Source: Rotaria socialis
Taxonomy: Eukaryota
DNA length: 55,516 nt
Reading direction: 5' to 3'
Assembly (NCBI GenBank): GCA_905331295.1
Contig: CAJNYD010000552.1
Coordinates: 1 to 55,516 of the forward strand
The translations under genes were made by a program, and so were the position numbers. Position 1 is the stretch's first letter. Each line of letters begins with the position of its first letter. The notes below the pieces were generated by a model. That model ran no database searches and was not told the origin of the DNA. It saw only the letters and a list, made by a program, of their open reading frames with translations. Shown here piece by piece: positions 11,535-23,696 of the stretch.

Positions 11535-12704
11535 ATGTCGAATTATGGCACTGTACCAGTTGGTTTTACCGGTGAACAAAATCCATCAGCTAATACAACT
11601 ATATGGACGGTTCCGTCAGATCCTACTTCGAGTTCAGAGAGAAATTTCCTAGTACCAAATGATGATAAAGGTGCGCCAAATGATAACGCATATCCACCAC
11701 CATCGGCTCCTGATCCAGGTGATTTACCACCAAACTACTATGATATATCAATCGTGCCCAACAATGTTGTTCTACATTATAATGAAGTTACTCCATATAC
11801 TCAACCATCAAATGCAAAAGTTGAACGTAAAAGTGAGGGTGTTATGTCATTTGATCCACTTGTTGATAAGAATCCTGATCAACTATGGCTTTATTTTATG
11901 ACTTATCTTAATGAAAAGCCATCTTTAACTGTCAACATTCATGGTTATCATGTTGAAGTATTGTATAAATCTAAATATAACTATACATTAAAAGAATAAC
12001 TGCATGTTTGTATTATTCGTAGCACTATACTACGTATGAAAGACGTCAAGCCGCTGATGGTAGTTATCATAGCCATGCTGTCCATCATACCCGTAATGTG
12101 ACTGATTTTAATATTAATGTTGATTTAGCACCATATGTAACTCAACAATGGTGGCGTGTTGCTGTTATCCCATCGAAGAAAGCGGCCGCAGCCGGTGAAG
12201 TTGTTTTATTCAGAGAAGCTCTTGAACAATATACACGTTCTGACAAAAGTATTAAAGAGATCACATGCCAAAAACAAGTTGTTGGATGGAATTTTCAAGA
12301 ATTGCAGAATAAAATTAAAGCTTTGATTTATTCAACTGGCTATCGAAATCATATTACTATTGTAAGTTGTATAAAATACGATTTTGATTCATGATGAATC
12401 GTTTTGTTTATTATCTTAGACTTTCCCTATGGGAAATCATCGAATATCGGCTCGTTCACCATCAACACTGAGTCGGTTTTCAAACTCAACATTAGTGCGT
12501 GTTTTATGTGTTGTTTCATGTTTATGTATTATCTTCGGTCCTATCTATCTATGCTTGCGAGCGGCAGGTTCGACACGTGATCAAATCGTAGCGGATTATG
12601 CAATGGCAGCACCCATTGATACTTTTCTTCATTTTAATGCTGGCGTGATTGCTACTGCAGCAATAAGTCGCTCACAACATTCACACATTGCTTATATTGG
12701 TTAA
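11535..12704 (+). CDS. ~348-aa uncharacterised membrane-associated protein resembling a fungal family; exons 11535-11957, 12023-12361, 12420-12704
   Basis: GT-AG introns join three ORFs in frame. Pro-rich N-terminus with PSAP and PPNY; core motifs P..VNIHGYH, VTDFNINVDL, KEI..QKQVVGWNF, IYSTGYRNHITITFP; Cys-rich hydrophobic segment near the C-terminus. Confidence 0.8.
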
Positions 12705-13668
12705 GTTTGCGCTTCTCTAATAAAGACAATCGAAAGTTTTTATTTTTATTCTGACTCTAAAGAATAAAGAAATATTTATATTTTACTACACAATTGTTTT
12801 TATTCTAAAATCGATGTAGTCCTTATCGAATTTACTCATTCATTTGACAAGTAATACTTTTTTTCCGCACGACCTTTTACTTTTGTTGTTTTATTACTCT
12901 ATTCTATCGGAAAACAGATATGCAAAGTTTATTACTCGTTATTATTTTTAATTTAATTGAAACTAATACATTGTTTAGTGACATATCGCTATTTTATAAT
13001 GAAATCTAGACAAACCACATAAGACTTATTTTCGTGATCATTATAGTTTTCAATTTCACCTCGTAATCGTTTTTCGGATAGTGATCCGACGGTTTATCCA
13101 GTTGATTTAATACAAGAAAATCCTTTGAAAAATCTTACGGTGTACTCTGATAATACTTTCAAAAGAGATCTCTGAACGAAAAACACTTGATAATGGCCAT
13201 CCTACAACGAATTCAAATTCGTTCAACTGTTATTTTATCAAGTTGTTTAGTAACAAAATCGTAATTGCTGTTCTTTGTTTTCTTGCTTTTGCTTCTGTTG
13301 CTATGAATCATTTTATTCTTCGTTCTATCATATTTGGCTACACGAGAAAGTCAAAACAAGAACAGAAAATAGCCATAAACATGTTATTGCGCAATACATT
13401 ACACATGTGTGGTTATGATGTGCAAATATCTGACTTGTGCAATAACATCATAAATAACAGTCATTTCGAAATTTTGCAAGCAAACAATTTTATATATTAA
13501 GCATAAGCATAGAGTCAATTCTATGTAATATTAAGCATACTATTTTTTCTACTGTCAGATACAGTTTTATTATTGTTCATCGGTAAATAATCAGATTTTT
13601 TGATTTTTATCTTGAACTACTAGAAGTTATTCTTTCGATTTTATTCTTAGTAATACAAAAGTGTCATT

Positions 13669-16600
13669 ATGGCTGAAAATGATATATCTATAAAACGTGG
13701 TGGTGGTTTTATGGGCGTATTTGGTCCTCGTATTGATAGTATCGCTCGGGAAGTCGCTACTGCTGCTGGTGTTACTATTGTACCATCATCACCATATCAC
13801 ATAACTCTATTAACTAAGGATGAACTACGTCAATTATCAACAGATTCATCCAATAAAATTGATCGTTTAAATGAAAATGCTGCAACAATCGACACAAGAA
13901 ATATATTATCTCTTGGTGTTGGTGGTCATCCAAACGGTGTATGCTGGGTTGTAATCATTTGGAATGCAGGAAATATTTTTCGAAAAAAATATGGTTTGCC
14001 ATGTAAGCAATTTCATATAACATTGAGTGATCATGATGATCATACACCTGATAAAAGTCTTCATTCATTACATACGACATTATCGATTGATACTCTTGAT
14101 TTAAATACTCTTGATCATCTTGTTTTATACTCTAATCTATCTGATCAACATGATCAAGCGTTTATCTATGCACGTGAAATGTGCATCCGGTTTCCTGATT
14201 CGGAAAAAAGTTGGCTACGTTTAGCTGATATTACACGACGAAATGAACAATGTAAATTAGCCATGTTAGCTTATGCACGAACTATGCATCATATTGATGA
14301 ACAAGAAAATGAAAAAATTCACGACTATTGTTATAAAAAGATTTTAAATTGTGCATCGATGTATACGGAATGGGAATGTCTTTTTGGTGAAAATGAATTA
14401 GATCAAATTCCGGAAGAATTAAAAATGAGTTTGTTGACACCATGGACACAAACAATGAGACAGCGATTTGTCAATATCTATTCCGATGAACAACCACAAT
14501 ATCAACAACTCTCACGTGAACATCTTTTTGTACCGTTTATTGATCCACGCCAAAGAAATGGAAATTTAGGTAATTAGATATTTTTGTTCGTTTGAAATGA
14601 AAATGACTTATATCAATAGAAGAATAATAGAATATCATAAGAGAATGAATGATATATTTACGGTTTGGACAACATATAATAGAGAAAGTTACAATTTTAT
14701 AGCGACATCTTTGAGTTAGTCTATTCGATATGAGAAATAAAATCTAATTCTTTGAAAATGTTTAGAACTTTCAATTCTATAAATACCTATACGATGCCCA
14801 TAGTGTTTACTTCAGAGCGAATAATCTGTTGAAAGATTTTTCTCTAAAAGATCATACTAGTTCTAATGTCTATAACTATTGTACTGAAAAATTTTTCTAA
14901 TATAACTAAGTCTTGGACAGATATAACAATAGATTTAAACTATTTCAAAGCATATTAGAATCATTCAGCTAAGCAAAAAGATGTTTATTTTTCTTATTTA
15001 GAAATGTTTTCGTTACCACGATTCTTTCGTTGGATTGTTCCATTTTTTCTATCAGTCATGTCTACTCCTCGACATGAACGTGACATCGATGCTCTTGCGT
15101 CTGCTCATATTGGTATTCGACATATTATTACATTAACCGAAGAGACGCCGTTACCTGAAGAATGGTTTTTTAATAAAACAATTTCACACACACATCTTCC
15201 TGTCGAAAATTATCAACCCCCAACAATTGAACAAGTTGATATATTCTTTAGATTAGTTAATGATCCAACGAAAACACCTTTATTGGTTCATTGCGGCGGT
15301 GGAAAAGGTCGAGCAGGTACCATGATTGCTTGCTATTTAGCTATTTACGGTTTTCAAGCACCATCGGCTCAAGAATGGAGACAACCGTTTATGTCAGCTG
15401 CTGAAGCTGTAGAGAAACTACGACAATTAAGACCTGGCAGTATTGAAACAGACCAACAAGAACGATTCGTTCATACGTATGTTAGTGCTGTATGGAAACG
15501 ACAAGCTGCACTGCCACCATTACCAGATGAACCAGACGGACTTCCACTTGAAATCGAAGGACAATTAGATGGAAATATTGATTTAATAATGCTTTGCGGT
15601 GTACCTGGCTCAGGAAAATCTCATGTAGCTAGAATGATATTAACGCGAGATGAACAGTGGACAATTATTTCTCAAGATGAAACAGGTTCACGTGATACAT
15701 GTGAACGTGAATTAGGTCGACCAGGAAAATATTCTAAAGTCATTCTGGATCGTTGTAATCCAGATCGAGCAGATCGAAAAGAATGGCTTGGAATTGCACA
15801 GTGGGCAAAAAAACCCATTTGTGTTTATTTTGATTATAACCCCGAATTATGTGTATCACGTGCACAACAACGTACCGACCATCCAACACTTACGCCAGGT
15901 CAACGTGTAAGAACAGCGGTACAAAGTATGCATCGACAAATGGAAAGACCAAAACTTAATGAAGGATTTGTTGCCATATGTATTGTACGATCATTTTATG
16001 CAGCCGATGATCTAATCAGACGGTTAGCACCAATCAGAATTCTAAAATTTCTACGGACAGGTCACCTTGTGAATTTAGGTGCTGCAACCGCAGATGATTT
16101 TTTAGTATCATTCAATCAATCAAATCATACACCACATGTTATTATTACGGAAAAAGTGGATGGTGCTAATATGGGTTTTTCATTGTCAGCTGATAGAGAA
16201 TTACTTGTACAAAATCGTTCCCATTATATTACATCAACAGCACACGCACAATTTCGCCCTCTTTATAATTGGATTGAAACACATCGTGAAGGTCTTTATC
16301 ATGTTCTCGATCGTGATAATTCATTTCCCGAACGATATATTCTCTACGGTGAATGGCTTGTAGCAACACATTCAATATCTTATACAAGATTACCCGATCG
16401 ATTTCTTGCATTCGATTTATATGATCGTCAAACACAAACATGGGCCGATCGTGATACACTCGAACGATTACTTGCAGAAACGAAGATATCCTTAGTACAT
16501 ATTATGTATCGAGGACCAAGACCAACTGATGCTGTTTTAAAGGAAATGGTTCAACGTCCATCGCAATTCTACGATGGTCCAGTCGAAGGTATCTATGTTA

Positions 16601-16737
16601 AAGAAGAACAAAACGGACAAGTTATTAATCGTGGAAAGGTCGTACGAAGCGACTTTACAGCTGGAATTACTGACCATTGGGATAAAGCACCGATGCGTAA
16701 GAACGGATTTTTGATTGGTGGTGATGATATCGAATGA
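13669..16737 (+). CDS. ~878-aa multidomain RNA repair protein (2H phosphoesterase, TPR-like, Cys-dependent phosphatase, P-loop polynucleotide kinase-like, ATP-dependent RNA ligase); exons 13669-14569 and 15002-16737
   Basis: Motifs: YHITL and FHITL (2H); HCGGGKGR (CX5R); GVPGSGKS plus ISQD and ILDRCN (kinase); EKVDGAN, QNRS, YGEW, FLAFDLYD, EGIYVK and RGKVVR (nucleotidyltransferase motifs I-V). The phase-1 GT-AG intron 14570-15001 joins the two ORFs in frame. Confidence 0.93.
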
Positions 16738-17105
16738 TCTTTTTCATTTTCATTTTGTTTTACAATAAAATTCGCTCATATTCAAAACTGTCGAGAGACA
16801 ACAAAGGCATGTTTTACTGAACAGCGGAAACAATCTTCGTAGTAAATATAAACGAAAAAAAGAATTTTGAAAATTGTTTATACTGATTTGAATCCCTGAG
16901 CCATCAGTCTATTTTATCGATATAAATTAACGACCATTCATTATTTATTATTCGACCAATACTCTCATGTGAGATCTCATAATATCCACAACAAAATCAC
17001 ACTGATATACAATCATATACATAGACTAAATCAATACTCAAATACAAATCAATCTTATAAGCATATAGAAAAATAACTACAAGCTATTGTTGTTGTTGTT
17101 GTTTT

Positions 17106-18656
17106 TCAATCTATATTTGGTAAATGCTGTACAATGAATGAGCTAACATCCTTCATTTCCTAAAATATATTCTAGCCTAATTTAGAAGATTCAGTTGATA
17201 AATATTTCTTACTCGACCACATGATGAATGTCCCATATCACTATATTCTTTAAATGTATAATGTTTAAAGCCCATTGCTTTAATTCTTTGTTCAGTCATG
17301 CGAGCCCATCTCAATTGAACCAATGGGTCTTGATCGCCTACGTATTATGAAAGAAGAAAAACCTATGAATATTTATCCTTCGCTTGGGATTTACCATGAC
17401 ATTGAATAATTGGTAAATCAGCTTTGATATCACCTGATACAAGTGCCTAATAGTGAATATATATTTTAATATATATTTCATTAAATAAAAAAATACTAAC
17501 TTGAGGAAATGTTGATGATAGAGGAAGCCATGTTGATAAAGCTATAATGCCTCCAAGTGTGTGAGGAGATGTCAGCGCTATAAAAATAAAAGGAACAAAT
17601 AGGACCAAAGAAAATATAGCATAACTATAAAAATTTTACCGGTGTAAAGAGCAACAGCACCACCCCTAATTAAAAAAGTTACATATATAGAAAAAAATAA
17701 TGAAATTAAAACTTACATAGAAAAACCACCGATCATCTGGAATCGAATATAAAAACAAAAAAATAATGAATGAAATTTCTATGAAATTTTCATGCTTACA
17801 ATTCGTTCCGGTAGAATTCCATTTTTAATTTCTTCTTCAATAAGATTGCTTACTTAAAAATAAAATACATATATATATATAGTATTTAGAAATATGATAA
17901 TCAAGATAAAGAGAAAACGACTAACAAAACATGCACGACTTTTCAATGCCATCTTGATCTTCTTTAACGCTTGGATCAAGTCCATAGATATCGAACCCTA
18001 TTGAAATTATTCTATTATATTGAAAATCTTCAGTTTAGGAACTTACAAGTTGTCATCGACATTCCAAGATTTAAAGTTACTTTTTGTGTCGGACTATATA
18101 TAAAAATAAAACATTTATGAAAAAAAATCTATTTTTGTAATTCGTACAGCATAAAAATCTAAAATACGATCGAACTGTTCTCAATAATCTCAATGATAGT
18201 TTTTCGTTCTACTTCTACAATTTTCGTAGCTCTTGTTTTACAAAACAAAAGAAAGTTTAAATGAATAGATTTATCTTACGCTGTCGGGAAAATAAATTTT
18301 GCGTATGGCACAGATTTTGCAATACGATACATATTAAATACATCATGCCAACTCCCGCTAAACAATGATAAAAAGAAAGCAGGTGTGATGTTAAACATAT
18401 AAAATAAATGAAAACTCGCTTTCGCACCCCACATCACCAAGGCCATGTAAGAAAATAATCTAATTAGAAGAAAAATTATAATATTTTCTAGCATAACAAT
18501 TTAACTACTTACAGTAGCTGTATGCTTTACAGTTGAAGAAACAACTAAGGAATTAGTCATTCTCTTTGGGACACTACGTTCATCCTCTGATTGTGATGTT
18601 TCTGATGATTTCAAACAGATATTTAAAGGCCATAACGTCGAACATGAATTTCCCAT
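17106..18656 (-). CDS. Acyl-protein thioesterase / lysophospholipase (APT1/LYPLA-like), copy A, multi-exon, with an N-terminal extension
   Basis: Exons encode KHTAT-IIFLHGLGDVG, AKFIFPTA, FDIYGL, IEEEIKNGI, IGGFSMGGAVAL (nucleophile), GGIIALSTWLPL, CHGDQDPLV (Asp) and MGHSSC (His), ending HLPNID*. Confidence 0.9.
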
Positions 18657-19841
18657 TCAAAATAAGGCAACAACTAAAAACATACGAATCTGTTTGAAAA
18701 AAATGTAGTTTTATATTAGTTAAAAAAAAACAAGAAAAAAATTATTAGAAAAAAAAAAAGTCAACACAAAAGTCCATGATCAATTTATAACTAATCGCTG
18801 CTTTTGGGTAGATGTTGTTCGAGAAAAGCAGCTATATCTTTCATTTCCTACAAAGAAAAAAATATATGAATTAGTGTAATAGCAGAAAAATATAGCGTCT
18901 AGACTCGCTTCATGGCCACATTGTGACTATATCGAGGCATAGTGTTTCTTTTCTTCCTACGAACAATTCTCACAGGATTTTTATGCTTTACCCGTTGGCT
19001 GTTCGTGTCAATTTGCTTAACGTATAAAACACTGTTAGTTTCTTTTAGCATACACAATTGTTTTTAATTACATGCGTAGAGTTAAAAGAATTACTGATAT
19101 ATTTCAAATGGTACAAATTAAAAATAGACCGCTCTCATCAAAAGACTAATAATTATTGCTTTTACGAATGTAATACGTCACGACAATACAGTTTCGCATG
19201 TCGGTTTTGCATAAGTAGTATGGAGTGCTTTTCTTTATCATTAAATTTTCTGTTATATCATATGAAAGATTTTCTCATTCTATCAATTAAGTCAAGAGAA
19301 TTTCAAAGTTCGACTATCGAAACAAAACATCTTTGAATTGCTCATAAGATGTCATAGACGCTCAAATCCAATTAGTAATAAGTATTGCTCTAGTTTAATT
19401 GGTTTAATCGCTGAATGTATTCATTCGAAAGTAAGTACCAAGCTAACGAGACTCGTGTTTAAAGAATAAGACAGAACAACTTGAATATTATCTTCTTCTT
19501 TTGCGTGTTTTGCTCTAAAGACATCGAGGAAAGATAAATCTACCAGACTAATCTTTGATTAAATTTTAATCAGTCTGTACTTGCCTGTTATACTTGATGC
19601 ATCTTATCTCTACAGAGCTATTGAATACTTCTTCCGTCTAGCAAGACTGATATTTTTGTTTTAAGAATATTTTTGTTTTTGATCAGAACGAGTAACAAAT
19701 AGAATGATGTCATTCTTTGGCATGTACTCATCATACAGAAAGCAATCGATAAACAGATTATCAACTAGCTTTGACAATAGTAGTTGAAATTTTATATTTT
19801 TCTCTCTCGTAATTTTAGTTCGATTTTCGAAAATGATAAAT

Positions 19842-20049
19842 GGGTGAAAATATGGAGACCCAGTCACTTTTTGGAAAAGTTTTTTTTTTCGATCTTTTTT
19901 CAGTCGAAATTTCCGGTATGCTGTAGAAAACACTTTTGATGAAAAAAGNCATCAAAAGTGTTTTCTACAGCATACCGGAAATTTCGACTGAAAAAAGATC
20001 GAAAAAAAAAACTTTTCCAAAAAGTGACTGGGTCTCCATATTTTCACCC
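19842..20049. mobile_element. TIR pair of a Sola-like DNA transposon collapsed around an assembly N
   Basis: A ~100-bp perfect inverted repeat starting GGGTGAAAATATGGAGACCC, with AAAT on both flanks (4-bp TSD) and a single n at 19949 between the arms. Confidence 0.75.
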
Positions 20050-20191
20050 AAATACGAATGAATTCATATTTATTATTTTCGATTATGTATAAAAAATCAA
20101 TTGAACTCCATCATACATGTAATCCACTGATTAAAATTATCTCTCTATAATTTGTCATGTAATCAATCAAATTAAGATAATGCTCGATGAA

Positions 20192-21443
20192 TCAGAATTT
20201 CTATTTATGAAACAGAACAAAACGAAGAAACTTCTTACTTCTTCATAATTCGTATGTTCCATTCCATCGTACTCTTTGAAATTGTAGTCTTTAAAACCCA
20301 TTGATTTAAATTTGCCTTCACTTAATCGAGCCCGATCAATATGTATTATTTCATCTTTATTACCTATGTATGACGATAAATAATATTTTTAGATTACTCT
20401 TCCCAATATCAAATATACCATGACAATGAAGAATAGGTAAATCAAGTTTTTTATCTCCATTTACAAGTGCCTATGAAAATAAAAACAAATGATATGTTTG
20501 ACTTTTATTATTACACAATAAAGCTAACTTGAGGAAAAGTACTTGATAGAGGAAGCCATGCTGAAAGAGCTAAAATACCGCCAAATTTATGAGCAGACAC
20601 CAATGCTAGAGGAAAAGCAATGAAAAAGAATTTAAAAAAGGTAAAATAACCAATGGCATACCTGTATGAAGAGCCACAGCACCACCCCTGGTTGTCGTAA
20701 TTACAAAAAATGATGAAGGGAAAGAAAAAAGAATTAGAACTAATGCTTACATTGAAAATCCTCCAATAATCTAAAATGACACGAGAGAAAAAAAAAGAAG
20801 AAGAAAAATGAATGATATTAATCTTTCTTCACTTACTATACGTTCAGATGAAATGCCATTTTTAATTTCTTCTTCAATCATGTTATTTACTAGACACGAA
20901 AAAGCAATGAAAATAAAATCATTATCATCAATCAAAGATTTTACAAAATTCTGATGCTTTTTCGATACTTGCTTGATCTTCTGTAGCATTCGTATCAAAA
21001 CCATAAACATCAAACCCTATTGAAAAAAATTCATTTAAGCAAGCACCGCTCATATCATCACTTACAACTAGTCATAAGTTCGCCATAATTTTTCGATATT
21101 TTCATAATTGAGCTAATAATAAATCGAAATGTTACTTCACCATAAACAAACACTAACATTCATTATTTACGCTGTGGGAAAAATACATTTAACATGTGGT
21201 AAGTTTTTCGTTGTTGCAAACATAAGAAATTCGTCTTGCCAAGTTTTTCTATAAACGATCTCGAAACACTTAAATATATATAATTGAAGTGTCTGTCTCC
21301 TACCCAACGTCACCTAAGCCATGTAAGAAGATAATCTAAATGAAAATAAAAACATATAATCACAGACCGAAAAAAATCCGACGTCAAACATTTACCGTTG
21401 CTGTATGTTTTTCACTTGCAGGAATAATTGTCGGTTCCGTCAT
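20192..21443 (-). CDS. Acyl-protein thioesterase-like, copy B (same intron positions as copy A; last exon apparently truncated)
   Basis: MTEPTIIPASEKHTAT, IIFLHGLGDVG, VKCIFPTA, IGGFSMGGAVAL, GGILALSAWLPL, CHGNKDEII, GMEHTNYEE. The final exon reads KF*FIEHYLNLID. Confidence 0.8.
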
Positions 21444-22685
21444 ATTCGTAAATATCTATTTTCTTTCTTGTTCGGATTATAATGATGTTTTCTAGACATA
21501 TGAAAAGAACATTGATTTTTATTTACCATACCGCCTAATCAAGTTCTCAATCAAAGTCAAAAAAATAGAACAAAGCAATATGCAGCAACGAGAAATGAAA
21601 AATATATTAATCATTGACAATAAATAAAAAGAAATACAAATAATACAAAGAAAACTGTCAATCGATCTTTTCTTAACGAATATAGTTCAAGAACAGAAAT
21701 GATTTCTTTCATCACCTAAAAATAGAAGAAAAGAAAATAGATATGTAATGATAAGAATAGAGAGGAAGAAAAGCATTCAGTCTTGTTTTGTTCACATGCC
21801 ATTGTCTTTTTGACAAAAACAGAAAACTTTTCAGTTCTATTTTCTTAACAAATTGGAAAAAAATTTTCCATTAACAATCTATCAATATACGTATATCTGA
21901 TTTTAAATGCAATATCAATAACCATTTATGTTCAATCAATGTTAAGTATTTCTTCTCATGGACTGTAACAACTGCGGCTGGCTATTCGTGAGAATTAATC
22001 GAAAGCTTGAAATGCTGATTTATGAAGTACAGGATCGTACTTGATTATGCTCGGTTTGTTCTATACGAATAAATTTTTTTAAACTGAAAAAGACTAAATT
22101 TATCAGTCTAATGCTTCGATGAAGTAACTGAATGATAGCACACTTTACTGATTCTTTTTATGATTCTCAATTTAATGGAGTCAGAGTGGTCATCAATAAC
22201 GAGATAAAAACAGGACTTAAGAATAACATGATTATCATGTGTGGATTATTTAAATAAATATTTATGAAACAATTGTTTAGCTATCAACTATGTCATATGT
22301 TATTAATTTATCAATGGTTACTATTTTTCCATATATTATGTATATTTTATTTAACATGATGTATCAATTGAGTGAACCATTTCTATTTATAAATAATAAA
22401 CTCTTAAATTAGTCAAAGCTTTAATTGGAAAAAATTCTATCTGAAAACGATGCTCTTAGATATGCGCGCTTCATTCAATATGATCCATAGAATTGTATTC
22501 TATAAAAATCAATGATTTGCTCACTTAATTGCCACTATAGAACTGATAGTATGGTAGTATTTTTATGACTCTGCCGCAATAATAAACAATATTTTTAGTA
22601 TCAGGTATCGCGAAAAGTAGGACATCCAGTAGGTACATTCAGTTCATTTCTTCTTTTCCTTAGTTACAAAACGAATGATCTCGTT

Positions 22686-22920
22686 GATTCAAGGAAAACA
22701 GACGTGTATAGAGGGGAAGCTATATTGAGAGAGCTTAAAGGCAGATCAGCTTGTAAGAAGATATGTTAGAAAAAAAGCACTGAAGAAATAAAAGAAAATA
22801 TTAAATAATCAATGTCGTGCATCTATGAAGAGCCACTTCGTCATCCATAATTTTCACGCAAAAATGATAAAAAGAAATACTTATAATTAATGCTAACATT
22901 CAACGATCCCAGATAATCTG
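22686..22920 (-). pseudogene. Degenerate third acyl-protein thioesterase relic
   Basis: Diverged matches to copy-B exons: TATGAAGAGCCAC (cf. ~20665), TAATGCTAACATTCAA..CAGATAATCT (cf. 20741-20772) and TAGAGG..AAGCTAT..TGAGAGAGCT (cf. 20547-20571). Reading frames are broken. Confidence 0.6.
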
Positions 22921-23696
22921 AAAGAAAACCTCTCAAAAAATATAAATACTTTAAATCTATCTTTGTCCATTGCAAACTCTAGTCACTTCCTATTACATTA
23001 AATCAGTTTCCATAAAAGAACGAATGATACCATACAATCTTTCTTTTACTCAACTCATACTGTACAATATCTTTCTGCTGTACAATTCTTTTGTGATCCT
23101 ACCAAGTAGCATAACCGAGAACAAATATTTAATCTACATTTTATCAACAAATCTTTCAGTTGTTCTTTATAGACGGCACTAATAATTAATTACGTATATA
23201 TTATAAAATAAATAATCTTTGATTATATAAAAGTTTTTTTAAACATAGTTTATACATCAACTTCTACGAGGTTCACTTGTGTGTTAAACAAAAACCATTA
23301 GTGCTCTATCCTGGTCTATTAAAATAAAAAGCTTATTCTCAAACTAAAATCATTTAGACTCATGTCAAAATATCCAAATAGCCGCAGAACATCAATAATT
23401 GAATCATCAGCATTAGTTTGAATTTTAACAAATAGCGGAATGATAGTACATTGCCTCATATTCATTGTAGTATCTACGAACCTTCTTCATAGTATGAATC
23501 AGGTGACTTGTTTTTCGAAATCGTACGTTTCGTAACAGTTTACCACATGATGATAAATACAAAAGCCGAGCAACAAAAACGGCGCACCAGCTTGAAAGCA
23601 CCTGATTGGCTCATTTTTAAACAAATGGGAATTACTCACGACTAACACTGATAATCAGCTGTAAATGTATATTCACATTTTTATTATTTATTTTCA

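Noticed and set aside
16875..16945. tRNA/SINE-like B-box (GATTCAAATC on the minus strand); also GGTTCAAATCC near 53669
   Set aside because: No cloverleaf stems or convincing A-box could be built.
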